Assembly: GCA_044892525.1 (NCBI GenBank)
Contig: CM097885.1
Span: forward strand, 32,366,001 to 32,430,000
From: Schmidtea polychroa
Lineage: Eukaryota
Direction of reading: 5' to 3'
DNA length: 64,000 bases
Made by a program: the position numbers and the translations under genes. Below the pieces are notes generated by a model, which saw only the letters and a list, made by a program, of their open reading frames with translations, was not told the DNA's origin and searched no databases. Positions 1-12,772 of this stretch are shown piece after piece; position 1 is the first letter of the stretch, and every line of letters starts with the position of its first letter.

Positions 1-223
1 ATTTACTGACATTAAATGACAATTTGACGGGTGTCCGTAAAAATAGGTATATACAATACATTTCCGCCAAATTAAATGGGCGACAAAAAAGGATAGTGAT
101 ATATTTGCGTATCATTGTATCATTAATTACCAACATAAAAAATTGAGGGGTTCCGAAAATCTAGTGTTAAAATGTTTTTATTTCAATCAAGTAATTTAAT
201 ATCTTTTTTCTAACAGACATTAC

Positions 224-475
224 CAGTGCTTTTTTTCTGGAAAAAAAGGTGCCGGAACGTATCTGTACTATCCTTTATATGAAAAAACAATAACGCTGAA
301 ATTAGCTAACAAATAAAATAATTATGCAGGACACAAAATATACACTTATTACCGACGACATGAAACGATTTTAATAACGTAGTATAATAATCGCGTATAT
401 TTACAGTGAGCGTGTTTTATATAGTTGTAATAACACATAGGAAGCACGGAGTTATGATTAAGAAAAAAAGCACTG
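224..475. mobile_element. hAT-type MITE (252 bp)
   Basis: 15-bp TIR CAGTGCTTTTTTTCT / AGAAAAAAAGCACTG; perfect 8-bp TSD GACATTAC at 216-223 and 476-483. Confidence 0.85.
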
Positions 476-1623
476 GACATTACTAATATATTTTACGACA
501 ACGCTTCGTTATGAATTTAATTTTATGTCTAGAACTTGTAAATGATTCAATGGTTTCAAGTAAGCTTTATTGACGATTGGAAATAAAATATTCTGAAATG
601 AAGAATAAACCAAAAATGTATTTTGAGCAGTCCTGAACTAATTTAAATAAAGACATTAAATCAAGCTATTTCCATGCAATAATAAAAACTACATACTGAT
701 GATGGAAAAATTATTTTGTCATCGTGAGAAATTGTCATTGAAATGTTTGATCATCATGTATTCGAAAACATTAAGTAAATTCTCTTATCAGCTGATAAAA
801 TTTGTCAAAGAATTCAAAACACGCCACAGAACGTTGACAATCAGATTTATGAGCATCTCGAGACAAATACAGATGGATTTGAAAACCTTTAGGCACTTCA
901 AATTGACGATTCGACTTATATTTGATTACGTTTCTATGATTTATTAGAGATAAAAATTTTGAAAACCAATTTTCTTTTGTACTGAGTTAACGAAAAGTAT
1001 CTAGTAGATGGATTGGGACTCTATGGATCATATGTACATCCTAAGGGGCAAAAACAATTTAAATAATTTTTTAGAACAAAGACAATGACTCATCCGATGA
1101 CTCATCATTTTCTAGAACAAAGACAATTTTTAGATGGACTTCTTTGCTATAAATTACATATATAGAAAATATTGACAAAATAATAACGTAACCAAATGCG
1201 TTTTGTGATTTACACTGCCACAATCATATTCAACAGTTTTACTTGTAGAAATCATCAGTAATAAATAAACTTCTTAATAACTAAATTACTTTTGTTTTTT
1301 TTACATTTATAACAATAAAGATAATCAATAAAATTTTCAAAATAATAATAATAATAATAAAATTAAATATAATAATTATCCTCATTTATTGTATCTTTCA
1401 TATACAGGTACACGTCCACTTTCATAGCAAAAATACATATTTTTCATAAATTTAAACCAAATAAGGTGCATTTTCTTAAAAATTTCACATTTTACCCTTA
1501 TTTATTGCCCCTTACACACTTGCATGCACACAATCACTTTAGATCTCGCTTAGAAATATTTTTCTACCCTTAATACAAAGACATGAACAATACAAGTGCA
1601 TGATTAACATATCGAATGTGATA

Positions 1624-2894
1624 CACCTAACCGCGAAATATAACATTATCTATAATCTAAAAAAAATCAATAAATATATATTATAGGAACACACAAACTT
1701 ACCTGTGTGTAGAAATTTAATGCTGCGAAATTTAACATATTTATTATAGGAATCTAAAAAGTGAGAGAAAATAATTAAGCATACAAGCACAGCACACATA
1801 ATGAAAAATACATACAAAATTAAGTAAAGTGTTTTTCATGCGAAATTCAGATTGATTAACATATAATTAACATATCAATATTTTTAAATTATTTAAAAAA
1901 TTATGTACAAAAAACTTTTGAATCAGATTCCGACTGCTCTACGTTGAGCTTTAGGGAAAAAAAAGAAGATACATCGTAAGATTTAATTATAAAATAATTT
2001 GGAATATAAAATTTCTTTAGATATACAGATATTTCACAGGACACAGTGGCTTTTTGCGAAGTTGAAGATCTGACAATGTAAGATTTATTCATTAAAATAT
2101 AAAATATTAAAATATTTTACAGTATAACAGATATTTCTTTGCGTGAAGGTACCATTTCAAATATTGAAGAAGGTCCTTCGACAACTTCGAATTTGCAGAA
2201 AAAAAATCGCAAATCGTAAATTTTAATAAATTATTTTAACAAATTAATATTTTCAGAATTACAGAAATAGACAAAATTCGGCTTATTAATGCATTTGAAA
2301 ATGGGGACAATTATAAAGAATTTGGAAGATTGCTCGGAATCCCCAAAAATTCAATTATTTCAATAATTTACAAATATAAGAAATATGCTGAAATTACAAA
2401 AGGAAAAAGAAGTGGCAGAAACCAAATTATTTCAGAAGAACAGGGAAATAATTTGTTGGATTTTGTCGAAGCCAATTTTTATGCAACGTATTATGCAATG
2501 TATTAAAAAAATGTGTATGGTGATTACTTTATTTATTTATAAATATAAAAATATTTAACTTACATTTTAGCGAAATAATTCCATATTAATGCATAAAATA
2601 TCATAAATTTCCTAAAAAAACACCTGAAATTTAATTATTAATATATTTATAAATGATAAATTATAAATGATGACTAACAGTAATATTTAAGAACTTGAAT
2701 AATGATCTCATAATTATATAAAATCAAAATTCAAGTCCTAAAAATTACTTCAATTCAAAAACTTACTTTAAAATGATTTTTGAAAAATAGAATAAATGAA
2801 ATTAAGTTAACATTGTCAAATAATTGGTGACTCACCTCAGGTGGTGTGCACACCAACGTATATTATAGACAATGTTAACTTTCGCGGTTAGGTG
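1624..2894 (+). mobile_element. Internally deleted Tc1/mariner (IS630-Tc1) DNA transposon
   Basis: ~31-bp TIRs starting CACCTAACCGCGAAA, flanked by TA on both sides (1622-1623, 2895-2896); contains an HTH-type transposase N-terminus. Confidence 0.8.
1902..2506 (+). pseudogene. Spliced, C-terminally truncated Tc1-like transposase (N-terminal HTH only)
   Basis: Removing GT-AG introns 1976-2020, 2078-2122 and 2216-2256 (all phase 2) gives one open frame ending ...KIRLINAFENGDNYKEFGRLLGIPKNSIISIIYKYKKYAEITKGKRSGRNQII..., resembling a Tc1 paired-like HTH plus GRPR-like linker; DDE domain absent; start codon not located. Confidence 0.65.
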
Positions 2895-3857
2895 TATAAC
2901 ATGTGTGTGTAAAATTCTCCCTTAATTATTGCTTCTTATTGACCATTTTCTGTACAGGACAACACCCACTTTCAACCCAAAAACATAGATTTTTCATAAA
3001 TTTCAAAGAAATTTACCTGTATTTTGATAAAATTTCATATTTTTGCCCTATATTATTGCCCCATGCAAACACCCAATAATTCTCGATCTCATACCTCAAA
3101 GTATGTGTGTAAAAATAAATATTTTAGATTTTTCACTAATATTTGCATAAATAATATTTATCTTTGTCTTTGTTCTACAAAATTATGAGCGCTTGGAGGA
3201 GTCATTGTCTTTGTTATATGTGATCCAGAGAGCTCCTGATCCAGCGAGCCCCAATCCATCTACTGTATTTCAGTGAAAATGTTTTTAAGCTGGTTAATCA
3301 AAAGATTGGATCAAATGGACTCCAATAAAATAACTGTGTTAGTATCTGCTCTGTATGATTCATAGAGAGGTTTAGTTTTCAAAGCTCTGCACACTCAGTT
3401 TTTTCAGACAATGAATGAAATAATCAAAGTCGTGAAGAAATCAAGTAAAATCCACTTCGGACAAGAATATTTAAATCTTTATGTGAGACAATGGATTCAG
3501 ATCACAATTGTTTATTATTAATAGCCTTTGTCATTTTATTGTTTTACTCACTAGCATAATTTATATAAATTTTGATAAGGTCGTCTAACAACTCATCTCA
3601 TTGTTATTATATTTTTGCATTTCTTTATGATTTTCTACTTTTAAATTTTGAAATGACAAATAACTTTTACAAAATCATAGAAAAGTAAAAAATTTATGTT
3701 CACGTAAAAACTTCAGATTTTTTCGATTTAGTTGAAAACATTGCCAGAAAGAAATTGACAGTTGATTTAATCCATTTAATGTAATGCCCGTTTAATCAAT
3801 TAAATTAACTAAATAATAACTCGGGGGTTTTAAATTAATATTTTAATTTTTTAAAAA

Positions 3858-3920
3858 GCTTGACTATGAATCAGAAAATATATCGATGTTTTTGATATAT
3901 TTACTGATTCATAGTCAAGC
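3858..3920. repeat. Hairpin core of a dispersed foldback-type repeat family
   Basis: GCTTGACTATGAATCAG...CTGATTCATAGTCAAGC inverted arms; flanking sequence related to 49810-50025 and 54600-54645. Confidence 0.6.
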
Positions 3921-4773
3921 CTTTTAAATAAATACAATGGAAAATAAATCAGTGGTGAAATTTGAAAAAAAAATTCTTATAATAATATTTTAATGGTTTA
4001 TCTAAGTGCTTCTTTAATATTATTGGTTTATCCCACAATTGAATTTAGTCTGTTTAATAAGGACATCTGAAGTTGTCAAACCTTCATAAATCATCATGAA
4101 TCAAACCAATTCATAAAATTTCAGATATTATAAAAACACCTTAGAGGTACTGAATAGAGCTTGAAAATAAGCAAGTCTTTTAACTAAGAATTTGTGAAAT
4201 GATATTTTAATCAAACATGTATTTCTACCAAATATTCTTAAATATTTTATGAATTTGCTAAATAATATCCGAGTAACTATGTATCTTACTAAAGTTTATC
4301 CATAAGAATTACCAATTAACTATGTATTTCTAATAAATACAACTAATGTGTTATATTCTTTGATAAAACAAAACAAATTGAAAAAATACAAACATTAAAT
4401 TTATTCGAATATTATAAAAATAGATTTTAAACAAATAAATGATAAAGAAGCCTTTTGTTTCAAAATATATATTGAATAAAATGAAATAATTTTCGATAAT
4501 AAAAATTGTCCTCACAATTTATTTTTTGCATTTTGAATTATTAATTATTTTTATTAATTTTCGTATATACTCTTATTGATTTACAATATGTGTTGTTTTG
4601 TGTTTGTATTTTTTTTTCTATCTTCTTACATGTATTTATGAAAGAATATAATTTATTAGATGTGTTTGTTAGAAAATGAAGGCTATCTTATAGTCGAAAA
4701 TATTTTAATTTGTATTAAATATATTATTCGCAGCAAAAGGCTTAAATTTTCATTTAATTGTTTTAAAATATAA

Positions 4774-4844
4774 CACGTTGAACGCCGCAATCCTAAAAAC
4801 AAAGGTACCGTGCATCGTATACGATTCGCACGGCGTTCAACGTG
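4774..4844. mobile_element. 71-bp piggyBac-like micro-MITE
   Basis: 14-bp perfect TIR CACGTTGAACGCCG / CGGCGTTCAACGTG, flanked by ATAA and TTAA. Confidence 0.5.
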
Positions 4845-6257
4845 TTAATGATGCTACCAAGGAATCATCACTTTATAAATTAACAAATAATAATCGTGAT
4901 CAAATTGTATCAAACTAAAACATATTTTAATAAAATTTTGAAAAACATTTTAAATCAAACAAATTATTTTGATTTTAAAAAACGCACAAAACTGTTAACA
5001 AAATATTATTTTTAAGTTTAAATTTTTATACTGCTCCTGAGAGATTTTGTGAATATAAATACAAACGAAATATTGTGAGAGGATTAGTTTTTCGTGCCGA
5101 GGTCTTTATCATCCACGTTTATCAATTCAGTGAAAAGTATTGATTGTTTTGCCGTGTTGCTTCTTAAAAATGGATATTCTCAATCTTTTCTTGAGTGCAT
5201 GACAAAATATACCGTGTTGAATACTCATGATCTTTTCACAGGTTATTCAGAAGATAATGATCTTATTTTTGATGTTGAAGTCTATGTAATCAAATGATTT
5301 TTTTTCTTTTTTATTTAATATAAATATTTTTTAGATTTTATGATAAAAGAGGTAAGACAATTATATATTTATTTTATCATGGACAAAAACTTAAGATTTA
5401 AATTGCTTTGTTTCATCATATATTAAGGATAAAACATTTTAATGAGATAATAGTAATTTCTCAAATTACTCTAATCTGGTTTTTCGAATTCTACATTAAC
5501 TGCTTGGCGTATTCCAGAAACTCATTCTTATAAATTGGTGAGCTGAGAAAACTTTAATTCTTTCTCCATTTTCAATTTTACTAAATACAATCTAAGTGAA
5601 GCATAAATATGGATTAGAATCAGAAATATCCTCAAATGTATTCATATTTAATCGTTTTAAAATAAAAATTTGTAGTTTATTAAATGTACTGGAGTTTAAT
5701 TAATGTTCATTTGCGTGTAAATTTTATTATGTAGTTTTTGTGAACCATGCTTGTTTGCATGTATTTATTTTTCTTCCAAATTTGAATTTTTTTATCCGTC
5801 TATAGTGTAAGCCATCATTTAATGTTATGTATTTAATTAAATGTCACTTGGCTACGGCACACACACATTTATTATAGATAGGTTTTATTTATATTTTTAT
5901 TAATAATTTATTAATCTTTATATTAATGTCCATTAAGCCATATTCTATTTCTCTCTGGTTTAAAAAAAATAGCGATAGAATTTACTACCTAAAAAAGATA
6001 TATCCCTTTTTTAGGAAAACTAAACCAAACCCTCACAGTACTGACGTCAAGAAGTGATATATTGGTAAAGAAAGTAACACCTCCTAAAGATTAAGCCGGA
6101 AAAGCAGGTGAAACATTATGTTACGCAATGAAAGATAACATCTTCAGCACATTTTGAAGTAATGTCTGAATAAATCGAAACTTGTAAAATCTTTAAGTCT
6201 GTAAACAAGTGATCGGTTAATTTTTGATATGGGATTTCTGAAAGAAAGTGGTCGATG

Positions 6258-6376
<119 letters not shown>

Positions 6377-8200
6377 TGACGAATTTGGTAATTTTAATTA
6401 AATTAAGAACGCTGAAAAATTATGATATTCGATGCTACTTAGTGGCAGAGGGGCGAAGATCTTGTTATTGGTCATAAAGTTGCGGAGTTTGATCCTGAAT
6501 GAGATCGAGTTTTTTACATAGTACCGATGATATTCAAAAATAATAATGGAATTGCATTGAATATCACTAATAAAAACTTAATAATAAAATTTCAACATGT
6601 TAAAATTTTATTTTTTTGAAATAGTTTATAAATTAAAGAGATTTATCTCAAAACAATTTCTAAATGTTATTAACATTTAACATTATTTTAATACAATCTT
6701 TAATAAATTTGCGTTATAAAAAAAAGAAAAAGTTATTATAAAATTTAAAACAATAAAAATGAAAATCCTTAATTATCAACTACTTCATAAATTTGGAAAT
6801 GAAAGATTTAAAACTAATTAAAATAAATTTCTAAATTGAAAAAAGTTTTTAAAATAAATCTCAGCTGACTACTATCTGATTGAAGAAAGGAAGTTGCAAT
6901 GTTCTAATTATTTTTTTGTCCAAATTGTTTTAATGGTTTGAAAAATTGGTTTTTTATATAATTTACTTTTGGATATTTTAAAGAAAGTATGAAAATAATT
7001 TCTATAGAATAAAGGGATTCTTGAACTAATAATAAAATATTAATATTTGACGGCCCATTGTTTACACATGGATGAACCATTATCATTAAAGATTTTATAT
7101 TATGAGAACCTTTATCGGACCTGACAGGTAATTGTTTAATAAAAAACTATTAATGAATTAATTCAACATATAATATATTAGATCCGCGATTTTCAAACGA
7201 TGATACGCAGAATAAAAATTGTTTATGATTAAGATATTAAAATTAAATTCATTTGAAAATGTAAGAAACTTATTGCAAGCCATATGAGGTTACGAGAAGC
7301 TCGTTCTCCAACTATTTATATTTTTAAATGCTGAAACATCACAGACTCGTCATTTAGTTTTATTTTTTATAACAATGGTTATTATATAATATAATTCAAG
7401 TACATTTTTTGTCACTTCTATCTCAAAACAACCTTTATTCATCGATAAAATGCTGCAAAATGCGCTGTCAGCTATGGCTTAGCCTTAGACACTACAATTC
7501 GCCCAGCCTAACTTCAAAGGTCTTCTCGTTCACCTTATACCTTTGATCTGAAATTTGCTGATTTTTCCGTCTGGCGGAACAATAAAAATCAAGTTTAAAA
7601 ACCTCGGTATTAAATGATATGGTTGATATCATTTATATATATGAATAAGCTATGGAAGCGTCAGCTTAGCGCGACCAATTTCAATTACCTCAAAAACGTT
7701 TTTAATCTTAAGACAAGTAATTAAATATATTACTACCTTTTTTTCTAAACTAACAGAAAAATGTACTCAAAACTCTTGAATTGTAACATTTTGTGTAACA
7801 ATGAACCGTTTCATTTCTATATCGAATGTATATTACAAATGATAAATTTTGTAAAGCTACTACTGATATGTCTACTCGGCGTCGGTTCATATATCGTCCA
7901 GTCAATGGATATATCAAGAACAAATCAACAATTGCGCTCAGATAACAGATACTGCTCTATCGCAATTGAATATGCAAACAACCCGAAATAGGAAAGTCGT
8001 ATTTAATGAAATATATTGAGAAGTAAAATTGCCAAATGTCAAATGCACTTGGTACAAAAATGTGTAATTCCAGTTGAAACGGAAACATCGTTGCTGCTCA
8101 AATCTACTCGATTTGTTTATGAAGAGATTGATACAACAAATAATGATGAATATATTTTACATATTAGTCTTATGTTCCTATACTATCTATATGGGGAAGT

Positions 8201-11141
8201 TGATAGATTCTTAAAGATTTAATTAGAAATTTTGTTAAATTTAAAAAAAATATTTTTATCGAAAAATGTTTTAAAAGGAAAATTGAAATTTGTTTAAATA
8301 ACAAATATAAGAAAGACAAGTTTTTGAATGTAAAATTTATTGAATAATATTTATGGAAATATTTAGTGATTTGCAAACAGATTTTAATGTTGTAACGGAT
8401 GAGAATCCTAATATGGTGGCAGTGGTAAACACCGACGCGATTATCGAAAAATTATTGCCAAAGGTGTTCTGTCAAGGTGATGACTTGGAAAAATTTATCA
8501 GAAGATCCAAGATTTATTTTGATGCTAAAGGCATCAATAAAAAAGAACAGGACAGATTGACTGCATGCATGATCAACGAGGATCTATTGGAGAAATAATG
8601 GAAGACAGTTAAAAAGTCAGAAGGATTTCAAGCCAGGTTACGAATGGCATTTGATTACGAAAGAGACGTAATAAAGGATATGGAAAGTTTATTGAATTAT
8701 AAAAGAAGAGGCGAAGAGACTGAAACATATTTTATAAAAGGTGAGGACCTTGTCGGCAGGTTGTTTGAGAATAAAGAATTCACCAAAGAGAAAATAACAG
8801 CAATAAAAAAGAAGAATAAAAAAGTTGAGAAAGAAGTAATTTTGCGAAAGATAAAAAGCATAGAGGAAATAAAGGAAACATTAATTCTGATGGATAAAGT
8901 GGACAGGCAGGAAGATCAGATCAACGATATGAAAAGTTATGCAAAAAGTGGTCTATCAGGATCCACATAGAAGAGGTCAGTACAAGCAGAAATATGAAAG
9001 AGAACAAGGCAGGCGACGAGAAGAACCAAAGTCCTAGCTATGCCACAAAATAGACCACACAAAAATAGACTGTCCTGTAAGAAGTAAGATAGAGTGCTGG
9101 ACGTGTCACAGAAGCGGACATATAAGTAGGAATTGTCGTGATTAAAAAGTGCCAAGATGTTTTGGTTGTGGGAAAGAAGGTCATATAAGAATGTTTTGTC
9201 AAGGAATACGGTGTAAAAGAAGCAACAGAAAAGGTCATAGGTCTGAAGAATGTTATACAAAGTCGAGTTACAAGAAAACGATAGAGTAACAAAGAACGAC
9301 AGGAAACAGATACAGACGGATTAATGGAATCGTGCTTAGAGACAAATGAAGATAATTTTAGTAGGACGTACCCATACAACATGGCTACACTAGTAGAGGA
9401 GTTGGTTGGAGCCATATACTAACAGAAAGGTGGATGGGATATCCTCAAGTTGTAGAAAAGTGGGAGAATGTAGGAAGGGTAAGTGAGAAAGTATACAGAT
9501 TCCTAAGGAGAGAAAGGTTTGAAGAGGAAGTGGAAAGAATTGGAACAATTGAAAGGGGTAGGAGGTAGAAATTGTGTGTAACAAGCTACAGGGAAGACCT
9601 AGTGTAACAATAATTATGAATGGGGAATTTTTTGACTGTTTATTAGACGCCGGAGCACGAATAAAAGTAATGAATGTGAATTGTTTTAACAAGTTACGAG
9701 TACAACATTTGATGAGAAGCGACGATAAGTTACGATGTGCAAACGAAAGTACGATAGAGACAATTGGAAGAACAAAGGTTAAAGTAACTATCGGAGATAT
9801 TTCGAAGGAAGTTAGATTCATTGTGGCGGAGAAAGTGACACCAGAGGTGATTGGAGGAGTAGAATTACAAGAAGCATTTGGATATAGGCTGGCAAAAAAA
9901 GAAAGATATCGAATCTAATGAAAAAAGACAAGATCTATAATTGTAACATTGAAGCAAAATTTGGCAGACAAATAAAGGATGGCGAAAGATTGACGCGAGC
10001 GTTGGAACATCTAAAGATTAATGAGGATAGTAAATTAAAGAAAATAACAACGAACAGTGGAAACGTGTTTATGGCAGATAAATGGGATGCGGGTCGAACG
10101 CATTTAGTAAAACATAAGATAATAACAAGAGTTGAACAAATAAACATAAAACCATATCGTCAACCATTGAATTTGGAAACAAAAACTGAAGAAGGAAAAC
10201 AAAAATTCACGCTAAGGAAAAACCACAAGGCGATCATGTTTATGATGACAACCAAGGAGCCAATTACTTCACAATTCCAAACCTGGATCAATTATTTAAG
10301 CTTTTTGGATCTAATCGTTGAATATAGAAAGAGTGTTAATCACCAAAATGCAGACATGGTGTCCAGAACTAAATGTGAAACTTGTGTTCAATGTCAAATG
10401 GCTCACGAAAAAGCTAAGAAAGGAACGATAAAAACTAGATTACTAGACTCGATCAGAGAAGAAAGTAGAAGCACCAATCAACAAATAAATTTGGAAGAAG
10501 AATTACGAAAGAAAACGATGATACCAGAAAACGAGATACAAGAAACCATAAAGGAAATACATAGACTATTGTGTCATGTTAGAGTTGAGAAGATAGCCGA
10601 TTATATGAAAGATAGATATATTGGGAAAAACCTGTGGAGTCAGATTCAGGAAACTATTCGAAGTTGTGAGACTTGTCAAAAAACTAAGGCTATAACAAAT
10701 ACAACGAAAGAACCAGTAAAAAAACTAGAATCAACCGAAATGTTCGAAATTATATTCGTGGATATATGTGGACCAATGCAAAAACAAAAGGACGTAAGAA
10801 GTATATATACAGCTATAACAAGACAAGACGAGGAGAAAATAAAGAAAACGATTTTATAAAAATGGATTTTAAGATTTGGGTGTCCAAAGGAGATAAGAGT
10901 TGATTGTAGGAAGGCGTTTGAATCAGGAATGATAAGAGAATTTTAAAAAGAAGACTGAAATTTAACATTCTTAAAAAATATTTTTATTGAAAAATATTTT
11001 AAAAGGAAAATTAAAATTTGTTTAAAAAATAAAAATAAGAAAGACAAGTTTTTGAGTGTAAAATTTATTGAATAAAATTTATGAAATTATTTTGTGATTT
11101 GCAAACAGATATTAATGTTGTAACGGATAAGAATCCTTATA
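8201..11141 (+). mobile_element. Decayed Ty3/Gypsy LTR retrotransposon with internal deletions
   Basis: Direct repeats ~8230-8413 and ~10970-11141; PBS TGGTGGCAGTGGT (tRNA-Leu-like) at 8414; gag, protease (CLLDAGA), RNase H tail and integrase H-H-C-C; outer 5' boundary approximate. Confidence 0.85.
8413..10945 (+). pseudogene. Disrupted gag-pol; RT and most of RNase H deleted near 10195
   Basis: ORF fragments 8353-8598, 8644-8970, 9574-9918 and 9918-10859 are homologous to the 35839-40756 element (e.g. TTKEPITSQFQTWINYLS vs TTKKPITAQFQTWINYLS); multiple stops and frameshifts. Confidence 0.85.
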
Positions 11142-11228
11142 ATGTATATTTTAATTTTTATATATTTCTATTGTATTTTCCAACTCATATGTGTACTTTG
11201 CTCCAAAAAAGGCTTAAAATGTTTATAT

Positions 11229-11986
11229 TGTTGGGGTTCAACTAGAGAGGCACAAAAATGAGGTGAAAATCGATAAAAACACCAAATTCAAAATAAAAAT
11301 TTTAAGTACAAAATATTAATTAAAAATCAAAAATTTTAAAAATGAATATTTTCTGGGGGAAACTGGTATGGGCGGATGCTAAATAATGAGACGAGTTCAG
11401 CTATAATAAAATAAAATCAATGGGGTCCCTAAAAGGAATAAATTACAAAAAACAAAAATTAATTAAAAATTAATTAACTAATGGAAAACCCGAGCTAATG
11501 GGAAACCCGAGACAATGGAAAACCCGAGCGAATTGAGAAATCCAATTTTGGGAAGGCAATTAATTTAGCCGGATAAAATAAAAGTGACAAGAGCCGTCAA
11601 AGAAAATGAGCCAATTCCCTTAAATTGAATTAGACCTCCAAGAGGAAGCCCGGGGGAAGTAAGACCAAAACTAATTTGCAAAAATAAAGTCAATTACCAA
11701 GCGGGTATAAAAGCAACTGGCAAGAAAACAAAACTGCCAGTTGGTCGAAGGAAAGAAAGTCGAAGTTTAATGAGAGCGAAAAAGGAAATATTAAAGTTGA
11801 GATTTGTTGGCAATTTGAAAAGTGCAGACAAAACCTGATTGTATCAAGTGTGAGTAAACTAATAAAAAGTGTAAAAGTGTAACTGCAACAGTGTTAATAA
11901 AGATTTTGTGTTGGGTTATTTATTTATTTTGAAAAAGAACATAAAGGAGTCAGACAGTAGTACCGACTTACATTAAAAACCCAACA
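11229..11986 (+). mobile_element. Solo LTR (758 bp)
   Basis: TGTTGGG...CCCAACA termini; ATAT on both sides (4-bp TSD); TATAAAA at ~11706 and AATAAA at ~11861 and ~11896; internal triple AATGGRAAACCCGAG repeat. Confidence 0.75.
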
Positions 11987-12608
11987 ATATTAGGGTCTCA
12001 CTCATTTGAAATTTTTCGAAATGTTCATATCTAGAAGTTGATAATAAAAGAAAAATACGGATGTATATTTCACAATATGATAATAATACATTTTCAAACC
12101 CGCCAAACTATATGATGGTAATTAATTAATATTTAATTAATTTTAACAATATTAATTTCAATATTTAGTGTAAAATAATAATTATTATATTTCAAACCTA
12201 AGATTGTTTGACGGGCTTCGTAATCTTTTGGATTATATAGACCTGACGGATAGAATTAAACTGAGCAATTAAAATTAAATAATACAATTTAACCCCTCAA
12301 ATAGGGTTTTATTAAAATAAATACATTATTATCTTTGTTCAAATGATTAATTAAAATTTTAACTACATTTTAATTTTATTATTGAATTTTAACGAAACGT
12401 TTAGTTAATATTCATAGTTAATATTATTTAAAATTATTATTTATAATTTAAAAATTTATAGATTTAATAATTTCTTTATAAATTATCAATATTGTATCGT
12501 TATTCATCCCTCGTGTATGTAGGTAACCTGACGATGATAGTGATGCTATCAAAATATATTGTGGAAAATAGATTGTTAATAGATTGTTTGAATATTTCTA
12601 TTATATAT

Positions 12609-12772
12609 TGTTGTCTTCTACATTGATTTGCATTATTATTAATAAGTAAGACAACTTTTTCAAATTCTATTTTTATCAAATTAATAACATATTAAAACAA
12701 AGTTTTTAAATATGTTATTATTAATATAAATATTAATTTAATATTTATATTGATTTAATTGGTTTGACTACA
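12609..12772 (-). repeat. 3' LTR (164 bp)
   Basis: Matches the other two LTRs except one substitution and one 1-nt indel; preceded by the PPT on the minus strand. Confidence 0.93.

Larger units (their letters stand above)
1003..3264. mobile_element. Non-autonomous Maverick/Polinton-derived element (terminal sequences only) containing a nested Tc1-like element
   Basis: Inverted termini AGTAGATGGATTGGG...CCCAATCCATCTACT; 6-bp TSD GTATCT/GTATTT (5/6); GAACAAAGACAATGACTC motifs shared with the Maverick TIRs at 35445, 46991 and 60540. Confidence 0.75.

Noticed and set aside
6435..6515. tRNA/SINE-like head (TGGCAGAGGGG A box, GAGTTTGATCC B box, T-run)
   Set aside because: No convincing cloverleaf and a degenerate B box; at most an old SINE relic
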